NCBI GenBank assembly: GCA_029934005.1
Contig: JAOZNA010000001.1
Location: 1 to 52,100 of the forward strand
Length of the DNA: 52,100 nucleotides
Source of the DNA: Candidatus Bathyarchaeota archaeon
Lineage (GTDB): Archaea > Thermoproteota > Bathyarchaeia > Bathyarchaeales > WUQV01
Direction: 5' to 3'
Numbering within the stretch: position 1 is the stretch's first letter; each line of letters begins with the position of its first letter. Below, piece after piece: positions 17,818-26,040 of this stretch. The translations under genes were made by a program, and so were the position numbers. The notes under the pieces were generated by a model, which made no database searches, was not told where the DNA came from, and saw nothing but the letters and a program-made list of their open reading frames with translations.

Positions 17818-19913
17818 GAATTTTAACAGTCATACTCGAAAATATACGCTCTCATATGAAGTCTAAAATTGATTTTACCTCTGGTTTCAACTGTTTAGTT
17901 GGCGGGTTAGGAACAGGAAAGTCCAGCATTCTTTACGCTATTGATTTTGCGTTATTCGGTGATCCTATCGGAAGAAGCTATAACTATCTATTACGTGAAG
18001 AAAGCGACATCGGAAAAGTAGCCTTAAAATTCCTTCATAACAATAAGGAATACACCATTATTCGTGCATTAAGGCGTAAAGACAAAGGAATAAGCCAAGA
18101 CATGGAGCAGTTGAAATTTTTTGAAGGGGAAAAGCTTATTGCAAGTCATAGGAATGAAGCCGTAATCGAACAGTTGAAGGCAATAACTGGCTTAGATAAG
18201 GAGATTTTCCGCGAATTAATTTGGGTGCGTCAGGAACATTTGAAGGAACTTTTGGATGTTAGACCTAGAGAGCGTCAGCAGAGGCTAGACCAGCTTTTCG
18301 GGCTTTCAGACTACGAACAAGCATGGACGGTTTTAGGTGCTTTAAAACGTGATTATGAAACAAAAATGCGTACGTTAAAGCAGGATCCAGATGTTGTTTC
18401 TTTGAATCAGCTGGAGAAAGAATATAATGGTGCTGTTGAGGAATTAGCGAAAATTGATAGTGAGCTTCAAATTCTTAGGAAACGATTTGTAGAAGTTGAG
18501 GCTGCTTTGCAGCATGTGGAAAAACGTTTAAAAAGCTTAGAGGAGCTTCGTGCCAAAGCCGAGGATTCAATTAGACAACAAATGGAGCTTCAAGCGAAAA
18601 TTGAAAACTTAAAAACACTATATGCTAGGATAAATGAGCAGATTCAGTCTAAGCAGTCCCTCGTAAATAATTTAGCGAACGAGCTGAAGTCTTTAGAGTT
18701 GAAAGAGAAGGAGATTAAAGGAAAGCTTGAAAATGCTGGTTTGAATCCAGATCAGCCAATGGAAAGTTTAAAAAATTATCTTTTAACGTTAGACGAGCAA
18801 ATGACTCAAATTCGGGCTGAACATGAAAATGCGATGGCTCGTATAAGGGAAGTTCAACGGAAACAAAATACTTTGGCAGATCAAAATCTCTGTCCTTTGT
18901 GTTTACAACCGTTGACTGGTGAATATAAACAGAGTCTTATTCAGAGATTGAACAAAGAAAGGGAGGAAAATCAACAAACACTTGCAGCTTTGCAAAATGA
19001 AATGGAAGAGTTAAAGGCTTTGAGGAATTTGCTTGCTCAAGCTATTAGTGATTTGCAGATGGTTCAGATTCGGAAGGAAGGGATTCTGAATCAGCTTAAG
19101 AGAGAGAAAAAAGCTTTGGATGAGCTAAGTTTGGAGTTTAATGAAATGCAACGGCAAGAAGAGAGTCTTTATGCAAGACTCAACCAGTTGAAAAGCGAGG
19201 TTGTTGAATTTGATCTAAACATGCTTGAAAAAGTGAGGAAGGAAAGAGATGAAATCTTCAAACAGTATTCATCGGTTAAAGGTAAGCTGGAAACCTTTGA
19301 ATCAAGAAAGGCTGAAGTTGGAAAACGCATTGACCTTTTAAAATCGAGGCTTGATAATGCTCAACGGAAACTTAATGAGATCAAACAAACAGAACAATTA
19401 TTGGAACTTATTGACGTAATTCGTGGAGCATATAGAAATATTCAACCGAAATTAAGGACGGAATTCATCAATTTCCTCCAAAGTTTCGCTCAACAGATTC
19501 TAGACAGCCTAGCTGGAGATGAAGGAAGTCAGCTTACAATAAAAATAGACGAAACCTACACTCCTTTTGTTATTGGAGAGGAAGGTTATGAAAGAGAGGT
19601 TTCAATGATCTCTGGCGGGGAAAGAACATTGCTTGCTTTTGCTTATAGGCTTGGGCTCGGTCAGTTAATAATGCAGTCAAGAACTGGGCATGGTCTCCAC
19701 ATTCTAATATTAGACGAGCCTACGGAAAGCCTTGGAAGGGAAGATGGTTCCATAGACCGCCTAGCAGAGGCTATATCGAGACTTAAGGCAATAGAACAGA
19801 TTATTGCTGTTACCCATAGCGAGGCTTTTGCTGAAAAGGCCGAACATGTTATTAGACTTGAAAAAGAGGCTGGTGTAAGCCAAGTTAGAGTAGAGGAAAA
19901 AACTAAGTTGTAA
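17814..19913 (+). CDS. rad50: Rad50 SMC-like ATPase
   Basis: Walker A GGLGTGKSS, long heptad-rich coiled coil, central CPLC zinc hook (18891..18902), signature SGGERTLLAFA, Walker B ILILDEPTESLG, and AVTHSE. Confidence 0.88.
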   Translation: MRILTVILENIRSHMKSKIDFTSGFNCLVGGLGTGKSSILYAIDFALFGDPIGRSYNYLLREESDIGKVALKFLHNNKEYTIIRALRRKDKGISQDMEQLKFFEGEKLIASHRNEAVIEQLKAITGLDKEIFRELIWVRQEHLKELLDVRPRERQQRLDQLFGLSDYEQAWTVLGALKRDYETKMRTLKQDPDVVSLNQLEKEYNGAVEELAKIDSELQILRKRFVEVEAALQHVEKRLKSLEELRAKAEDSIRQQMELQAKIENLKTLYARINEQIQSKQSLVNNLANELKSLELKEKEIKGKLENAGLNPDQPMESLKNYLLTLDEQMTQIRAEHENAMARIREVQRKQNTLADQNLCPLCLQPLTGEYKQSLIQRLNKEREENQQTLAALQNEMEELKALRNLLAQAISDLQMVQIRKEGILNQLKREKKALDELSLEFNEMQRQEESLYARLNQLKSEVVEFDLNMLEKVRKERDEIFKQYSSVKGKLETFESRKAEVGKRIDLLKSRLDNAQRKLNEIKQTEQLLELIDVIRGAYRNIQPKLRTEFINFLQSFAQQILDSLAGDEGSQLTIKIDETYTPFVIGEEGYEREVSMISGGERTLLAFAYRLGLGQLIMQSRTGHGLHILILDEPTESLGREDGSIDRLAEAISRLKAIEQIIAVTHSEAFAEKAEHVIRLEKEAGVSQVRVEEKTKL

Positions 19914-20001
19914 CGTCGATTTCAAGAGAAACCATTAAGAATAAGCAAAACGAATTAAGTTTACATTACACAAATTAAACCGCTTCCTCCAAGGGAACAA
20001 A

Positions 20002-20394
20002 ATGATTAAAAGGAAAATCAGCCCAACATTAAAATCAACAATAAGTTTCTTGGAAAAAGCAATTAAAGCAGTTATAGACAAAAATGAGAAAGAAATTGAA
20101 TCTTCCATTTGGAAAGCTTCTTCAGAACTTGAATACGCCCTTTTTCTCTTCTCTCTCTTAAACCCACATACTGAAAGTTTCTCATTTCGAAAAACAGATT
20201 TGACATTAGCTAGGAAAGAGGATGAGCTTGGTCCAACGCTGGTTGTGATTCAAGACCTTGTTAGAGAAGCTGAAGGATTTTTTGAAAAAGGACAGTTTGA
20301 AAAAGCTTATGAAAAGGCTAGAATTGCTAGAAATCAATTGCTTAGGCTTCAAGGAAAACTTGGAAAGAAGAAATCGCCTAAGAAAGGAACTTAA
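20002..20394 (+). CDS. hypothetical helical protein
   Basis: 130-aa ATG ORF, predicted all-helical, with a basic C-terminus (KKKSPKKGT). No family recognised. Confidence 0.4.
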   Translation: MIKRKISPTLKSTISFLEKAIKAVIDKNEKEIESSIWKASSELEYALFLFSLLNPHTESFSFRKTDLTLARKEDELGPTLVVIQDLVREAEGFFEKGQFEKAYEKARIARNQLLRLQGKLGKKKSPKKGT

Positions 20395-20395
20395 C

Positions 20396-20680
20396 TTATT
20401 CTTCTGGAGGCAGTCTAACCTTCCTTTCTTTAATCATTAACGTATCCTTGTCTTTGGATATTACACGGAAATCTTCTTTAAGTTCGTATTGATGCAAAAA
20501 CTTACGAAGAATCACCCTTAAATAAGCCTTGGATAGTTTTTCTGAAACAACTTTTATTTCGTCTCCTACAGGCTTAACGTCCATTTTTAATTTTTCCTTG
20601 AGGAATTCTGTTAGCTCCTTGATGGTTTCTCCGTTGGCTTTACTTCTCAGTTCACTTGCATCTACGGTGATTTCAACCAT
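20396..20680 (-). CDS. small protein with eukaryotic ribosomal protein eL22 (L22e)-like sequence
   Basis: By-eye alignment to human RPL22: ITVDAS.../FTLDCTH..., [114 protein letters not shown]. Needs profile confirmation. Confidence 0.4.
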   Translation of the reverse strand: [94 protein letters not shown]

Positions 20681-20704
20681 TATTTACACCTTAACGTTAC
20701 GTTA

Positions 20705-21409
20705 TTATCGTCTTATCATTATTATTCTTACTTGGTCACAAGTATCCTCGCACCAGTCCGATATCATTTCTAAGGCTTCATATAATTCGTTGAGCATTAC
20801 AGCAACTGAAGCTCTAATTTCCCTCTCATTCAAAAGTGCCTTCCTTGAATCTCTATGCAAATCGTCCACATTTTCTTCTTCTCTTTCAACTTCATCTGCT
20901 GCGTTCAAAGCTTCCTTCGGGTTTTCCATCATGCTGTTTATACATTTTCTAAGTGCATAAACGCATTTTTTCACGCCTTCCATCATTTTATTACATGCTT
21001 GCTTTATGGGTTCTGATATTTCATCCATTGGTATAACTGCTAGCAGTCTGGCTGATTCATGGCTCCAATCGGCAACCATATCCACTCCTTTCACAATTTT
21101 CATTAAGTCTTCTCTATCAATTGGGGATAGTTCTCCATGGGATAATTCATCCATTATTTTTCTTCTCAGCTTATCTGCGGCTTCCTCGTTTTTCGCTATT
21201 CTTGTGACCGCTTCCCTCATCTTATCCCTTTTTCCATCCATTACCGCTTGTATGGCTGTCTCCAAATCCTCAACTATGCTCACCACAAGTGCCAGATGCT
21301 GCCTTATCATTTTTATTGCTCTTTCCTCACGCCTTTTTTCAAACCATCTTAAGAGCTCACTCAACTGAAAGTTCCTCCCGTAACCCTTTGCTAGGATAAG
21401 GAAAAACAT
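20705..21409 (-). CDS. DUF47 / PhoU-like (TIGR00153-type) putative transport regulator
   Basis: Helical repeat protein with DUF47-like segments (AIKMIRQHLALVVSIVEDL..., KNEEAADKLRRKIMDEL, EDLMKIV...D). The maximal ORF overlaps the ATPase gene by 53 nt. A more likely start is TTG at 21364, preceded by GGGAGG and overlapping the ATPase stop by 8 nt. Confidence 0.7.
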   Translation of the reverse strand: MFFLILAKGYGRNFQLSELLRWFEKRREERAIKMIRQHLALVVSIVEDLETAIQAVMDGKRDKMREAVTRIAKNEEAADKLRRKIMDELSHGELSPIDREDLMKIVKGVDMVADWSHESARLLAVIPMDEISEPIKQACNKMMEGVKKCVYALRKCINSMMENPKEALNAADEVEREEENVDDLHRDSRKALLNEREIRASVAVMLNELYEALEMISDWCEDTCDQVRIIMIRR

Positions 21410-22460
21410 AAATCTTGTTCATTGGTAAATGCACCACCACCTTTTCTCCAACATCTAACCATTCCTCAGTCATTGATGGACGAATAGCCACAATTTCATC
21501 CTCATTTTCCAATCTTATTTCATATCGAACATTGGTTCCTTCAAACCTTAACCTTTCAATCTTTCCATTAATGTAATTATTTTCCCTAGCTTTTCCTATT
21601 TCAATAATAGTTGTTTCAGGTCTTACCGCCAAGACCACTCTTTCTCCTCTTTTAAACGTTTTATCAGCTATCTTTATTCTTATTCCCCCTCTAATTTCAA
21701 CAATGGAATGATTTTTCTTAATTTCCTTTACGTAACCTTCTAGAAAGTTTGCTTCTCCAATAAAATTAGCGACAAAAATGTGTTTTGGCTTAATATAAAG
21801 TTCTTGAGGAGTTCCAACTTGTAGAATCTTTCCTTTTCTCATAACAGCTATTCTGTCGGAAATAGCCATAGCTTCAGCTTGGTCATGAGTTACATGTATA
21901 GCTGTTAATCCCAAATCCTTAGCCATTCTCCTAATCTCGTAGCGAAGCTGATTTCTAACCTTTGCATCAAGCTGACCTAGTGGTTCATCTAAGAGCAGAA
22001 GTTTTGCGCCAGCACATAGGGCTCTTGCCACAGCCACACGCTGCATCATTCCACCGCTCAACTCATTTGGATAAGCGTCTAATCGCTCATGGAGAAGAAC
22101 CATTTCTAGAGCCTCATGGGCTATTCTCGCTGCTTTTTCTTCTCCCCAACCTTTAACGCGAGGCCCATAAGTTACATTGTCCCAAACATTCATATGGGGA
22201 AACAAAGCGAAGGTTTGAAACACAAAGCCTACGCCTCTATCTTCTGGAGGCACATCGTTTACCAGTTTTCCATCAATATATATTTCTCCTTCATCCGGTT
22301 TTATCAACCCAGCAATAAGCCTCAACAAAGTTGTTTTTCCACATCCACTAGGTCCCAATAAAGCGAAGTATTCTCTATCGTGAACGTGAAGGCTCACATT
22401 ATCAACTGCAATTATATCGCCAAACCGTTTAGTAACATTCCGAATTTCGACTTCAGGCAT
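21357..22460 (-). CDS. ABC importer ATP-binding protein (PotA/CysA/FbpC-like, with C-terminal TOBE-like domain)
   Basis: Walker A GPSGCGKTT, signature LSGGMMQRVAVARAL, Walker B LLLLDEPL, H-loop VTHDQ. A roughly 120-aa beta-rich C-terminal regulatory domain follows. Confidence 0.9.
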   Translation of the reverse strand: MPEVEIRNVTKRFGDIIAVDNVSLHVHDREYFALLGPSGCGKTTLLRLIAGLIKPDEGEIYIDGKLVNDVPPEDRGVGFVFQTFALFPHMNVWDNVTYGPRVKGWGEEKAARIAHEALEMVLLHERLDAYPNELSGGMMQRVAVARALCAGAKLLLLDEPLGQLDAKVRNQLRYEIRRMAKDLGLTAIHVTHDQAEAMAISDRIAVMRKGKILQVGTPQELYIKPKHIFVANFIGEANFLEGYVKEIKKNHSIVEIRGGIRIKIADKTFKRGERVVLAVRPETTIIEIGKARENNYINGKIERLRFEGTNVRYEIRLENEDEIVAIRPSMTEEWLDVGEKVVVHLPMNKIYVFPYPSKGLREELSVE

Positions 22461-22478
22461 TGCTCATCTCCCCAAATT

Positions 22479-24137
22479 TCAACCTTTCCTTTCCCCTCCA
22501 ACTACAAGTCTCAAAATCAACAATATTACAAACGAGAGTACTATAAGGAATCCGCAGCCAAGAGCTACATCTAAAGAAGTTGCTGGCAGCTCTGGAGCAC
22601 CATTCTTAGGAATCCATTTCACAAGCAGAACGGGAGCTGTTCTAAGCTGTTCTACAACAGCAACAGTTGCTCCTGTCTCACTTACACTTCTTGTAAAAAT
22701 CATTATTGCACCTGCAAATAGCGAATACTTTGTTAAGGGGAAAATTATGGTTCTGAAAACTGTGAATGGTCTAGCGCCCAAAGTTCTTGCAGCTTCTTCA
22801 TATTCTATGCTTATCCTTTGTATGGCTGCAGCCATGGACTTAACATAGTATGGATACGTGATTGCGAGATGGGCGAATATTAAAGGCCAGATTTCAGGGA
22901 GGAAGGCGAAGCTTTCCTTCCAGAATATGCTTAGAGAGGCACCTAAAGCCGTTGAAGGAATAATTATTGGAATATCCGTGAGAATGTCAAAAATATTTGC
23001 TGTTGATCTTCCAAGAGTTTTTCTCGCTATCAAAACTGCCATAGGCAATCCAATAATCACGTTTATAACCGTAGCCAATGCTCCAACTCCATACGAGAGT
23101 CCTATACTCTGCCAAAAATCCGCCCAAACCCGCCGGCCAGCAAAAGCATCCATTAATGTATCCGTGAATACAGCGCTTACAGCTGGAAAAGCCACAAAAA
23201 TTGAAGGAATTATAACTAAGGAAAAGAAAATTATGATTGAGATAGTATTTCTAAAATTGGCTATTCCCTTACTGCTCAGTTTCCTCTCGGCATTCGGCCA
23301 AACTCTTCTTATGGGAAGTTTAAATTTTGTGCCTAGAATCCTTATAACTGCAAAAATTGTTGCTGAAATGGCTATTAAGACAAAGCTTACAAAAACCATA
23401 GGTCCATAATTATTTTGCAATTTCATGTTCTTGATGAAAATTGCTCCGTTTTCGAATGTTCCAGCAACCATCATGGTAGCTCCAGTCTCCGATATTGAAC
23501 GGGCAAAAGCCAAGGTGAAAGCTGCAATAATGGAAGATTTTATTATCGGCAAAGTAACCGTTCTATCCGCTGTAAATGGTGCTGCACCCAACGTCCTTGC
23601 AGCCTCTTCATATTCCATTCTATAATCCATTAAAGCACCAACCAACACTCTAACTACGACTGGATATGAGAAAACAAAATGCAGAAGTATTACAAGCAAC
23701 CAGCCAGGCGAAACTAAACTTTCAGTATTAAAAAGTTGGGATACGCCTTGTGGGGTACTCCAAAAAAGCATTAATGAATAACCAAGTGCGGTTGTTGGAA
23801 CAATAAAGGGCATATCTGCTAAAGTGTCAAGTACTCCCAAAATTCTGTATTTCCCCCTTGTTATAAGCCATGCAAAGGGAAGTCCGGTAAGAACGTCTAT
23901 TGTCGAAACCAGAAAGGCTACTCCAAAGGATGCGTAAACTGCGTTAAGCGCTCTATCTAACAGCTGAGGCTGCTCAAAAATTTGACCCATCAAGTTCCAT
24001 TTTAAAATTATTCCAATGATTGGCGGCAAAAGAATGATTGCTATGAAAACAACTATCGAGCTAAGGTAAACAGCGTATTTTATAGATTTTTTTGAAGAAA
24101 GCTTGTCTAAAGTTTTGTAGATTTCATTTTTATCCAA
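22479..24137 (-). CDS. ABC importer permease, tandem-fused double permease domain
   Basis: 552 aa with two internally repeated 6-TM halves. Each half has an EAA-type loop (EYEEAARTLGAAPF... and EYEEAARTLGARPF...), as in the FbpB/ThiP/CysTW-like fused permeases. Confidence 0.85.
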   Translation of the reverse strand: MDKNEIYKTLDKLSSKKSIKYAVYLSSIVVFIAIILLPPIIGIILKWNLMGQIFEQPQLLDRALNAVYASFGVAFLVSTIDVLTGLPFAWLITRGKYRILGVLDTLADMPFIVPTTALGYSLMLFWSTPQGVSQLFNTESLVSPGWLLVILLHFVFSYPVVVRVLVGALMDYRMEYEEAARTLGAAPFTADRTVTLPIIKSSIIAAFTLAFARSISETGATMMVAGTFENGAIFIKNMKLQNNYGPMVFVSFVLIAISATIFAVIRILGTKFKLPIRRVWPNAERKLSSKGIANFRNTISIIIFFSLVIIPSIFVAFPAVSAVFTDTLMDAFAGRRVWADFWQSIGLSYGVGALATVINVIIGLPMAVLIARKTLGRSTANIFDILTDIPIIIPSTALGASLSIFWKESFAFLPEIWPLIFAHLAITYPYYVKSMAAAIQRISIEYEEAARTLGARPFTVFRTIIFPLTKYSLFAGAIMIFTRSVSETGATVAVVEQLRTAPVLLVKWIPKNGAPELPATSLDVALGCGFLIVLSFVILLILRLVVGGERKG

Positions 24138-24342
24138 ATTTTCGCCCTAACCCTTAGGGTTTCACATAGTCGCTGAGGAGTTGGTCTTTTCAAAATTGGG
24201 TTTTCTACTCTTAAATTTTCCGTTCACAATACATTAGGACATAAAAGCGAAACCTTGTCAGTCCGCCCATCGGGTCTTATCACAGCAAATGCTCAAATGA
24301 CTCTCCAACTCATCATCCAAGTAATTGTACACCGAAGAAAAC

Positions 24343-25095
24343 TTAAGGATTTTGCACAACTGTAAACTCTATTCTCTCCACACCTTTTCCCTTTGAACTT
24401 CTCTTCAAAAGTTTTATTTCGCCAATTTCTCCGGTGGATTGAACGTGAGTTCCACCACAAGCACACGCATGCCAATCCTTTATTTCAACTACCCTAACCT
24501 CTTTAACTTTAGCTGGTAAAATCCTTAAGCTCTCATGATACCTCGCAACATACTCCTCGGCTTCATTTCTGGGCATTACTTTAACAATTACTGGTCTATT
24601 CTCATTTACAACTTCATTTGCAATCTCCTCAATCTTTGGGAAAAATTCACGAATGGATTTTTCATATCCAAAATCAATCCTAGCCTTATTCAAATCGATA
24701 GCTGAACCAACAATTTCCAAAGGTCTATTAACAGCTTTTCTAACCGCTTGTGAGAGCAAGTGTGCTGCAGTGTGGATACGCATTAAACAGTAACGTCTAT
24801 CCCAATCAATCGCACCTTTTACCACATCACCCTCAACCAATTCGCCTTCAATCTTCCTTGCGAAATGAAATACTTGTCCACCCCTTCTTTCAACATGAAA
24901 AATTTTCGCCTTTCCTTTTTTGCCGAAAATCTCGCCAACATCAGAAGGTTGACCACCACCAACCGGATAAAATGCAGTACAATCCAAAATTATGCCAAAG
25001 TAATTCTCCATCCGTTCAACCTTTAGAATCCTCGCTTCAAATTCCCTCTCATAAGCATTTTCTAGATAAAGAAGCTTAGTTTGAACAGATTTCAT
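24343..25095 (-). CDS. alaX: AlaX-type alanyl-tRNA editing protein
   Basis: Zn-binding editing motifs HTAAHLL and CACGGTH. At 250 aa its size matches the stand-alone AlaX-M class. Confidence 0.85.
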   Translation of the reverse strand: MKSVQTKLLYLENAYEREFEARILKVERMENYFGIILDCTAFYPVGGGQPSDVGEIFGKKGKAKIFHVERRGGQVFHFARKIEGELVEGDVVKGAIDWDRRYCLMRIHTAAHLLSQAVRKAVNRPLEIVGSAIDLNKARIDFGYEKSIREFFPKIEEIANEVVNENRPVIVKVMPRNEAEEYVARYHESLRILPAKVKEVRVVEIKDWHACACGGTHVQSTGEIGEIKLLKRSSKGKGVERIEFTVVQNP

Positions 25096-25106
25096 TTTGA
25101 CCCCCT

Positions 25107-25364
25107 CTATAATTCCTCAACGGATATTGCTGGCAACGCCTCTACCCTATAAACTCCCGGAATGGAAACCTTAACTATAAAGTCTTTGGCGGATGGCAAA
25201 TCTTGAGCCTCAAAGATGATTGCTGCATCATATTGTCCAAATAGGAAGTAAACTTCATGAACTTTAACATTTGATGGCGGCGTAACCCCTTTTATCCTTT
25301 TAAGGAAAGATGGCAATTCTCCAGCCTTCGAAGCAGACATTTTTAACAAAGCTAAAAACTTCAT
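25107..25364 (-). CDS. GYD domain protein
   Basis: 85 aa. LFGQYDAAIIFEAQDLPSA matches the G-Y-D signature context of the GYD family. Confidence 0.6.
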   Translation of the reverse strand: MKFLALLKMSASKAGELPSFLKRIKGVTPPSNVKVHEVYFLFGQYDAAIIFEAQDLPSAKDFIVKVSIPGVYRVEALPAISVEEL

Positions 25365-25460
25365 TCAAGCTCACCAATTGAAATTTAGAGATGAAAGTTT
25401 AAACTTTTAAATGTTAGCAATAAATAATTGAACGGAATAAGCCCTCTGGAGAAGTAAATT

Positions 25461-25982
25461 ATGGAAGTTTTTGAAGCTATAAAGAAGAGGAGAAGCATAA
25501 GAGCCTTCAAAAACATGGACGTTCCAGAAGAAACAGTTGAAAAATTAATCGAAGCTGCTAGATGGGCGCCTTCCGCAGGAAATATTCAACCATGGGAATT
25601 CATAATTATCAGAAACAAAGAGATAAAACATAGATTGGCTGCCGCGGCTCTAAACCAGACTTTTATTGAAGATGCTCCAGTTGTAATTGTGGTTTGTGCA
25701 AACGAACTTCGTTCAAGTTATGGATATGGAACAAGAGGCGCCACATTATATTGTATACAAGACACTGCCGCTGCAACCCAAAACATCCTATTAACTGCAA
25801 CTGCCCTAGGCTTAGGAGCATGCTGGGTGGGCGCCTTCAACGAAGAACAAGTTAGAAAAGTTCTAAACATTCCGAACGGAATACGGCCAGTGGCAATAAT
25901 TCCGATTGGGCATCCAGCTGAAAAACCGGCACCAAGACCGAGGCGTCCACTTAACGAGATAGTTCATTATGAAACCTTCTAA
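25461..25982 (+). CDS. nitroreductase family protein
   Basis: N-terminal RRSIRAF..., APSAGNIQPW, and a C-terminal GLGACWVG...P.AIIPIGHP pattern typical of FMN nitroreductases. Confidence 0.85.
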   Translation: MEVFEAIKKRRSIRAFKNMDVPEETVEKLIEAARWAPSAGNIQPWEFIIIRNKEIKHRLAAAALNQTFIEDAPVVIVVCANELRSSYGYGTRGATLYCIQDTAAATQNILLTATALGLGACWVGAFNEEQVRKVLNIPNGIRPVAIIPIGHPAEKPAPRPRRPLNEIVHYETF

Positions 25983-26040
25983 AATGGGGTTAACACCTAA
26001 AACATTGATTAACATTTTAATACTGATATGCTTACGTTAA

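Noticed and set aside
2045-23625. Numerous 60-180-aa antisense or alternate-frame ORFs nested in long genes (e.g. 2045..2293, 4283..4738, 6951..7241, 10801..11232, 16921..17214, 20529..20960, 21006..21368, 22858..23409).
   Set aside because: Each lies entirely within a gene that has strong family motifs. The products are low complexity or Ser/Leu/Phe-rich, as expected for the reverse frames of AT-rich genes.
24145-24161. Palindrome CCCTAA-ccc-TTAGGG (telomere-repeat-like hexamers, also readable as an AACCC/GGGTT hairpin) just upstream of the ABC permease start.
   Set aside because: It is a single short occurrence with a 5-6 bp stem and no repetition elsewhere in the window. The evidence is too weak for an operator or RNA element.
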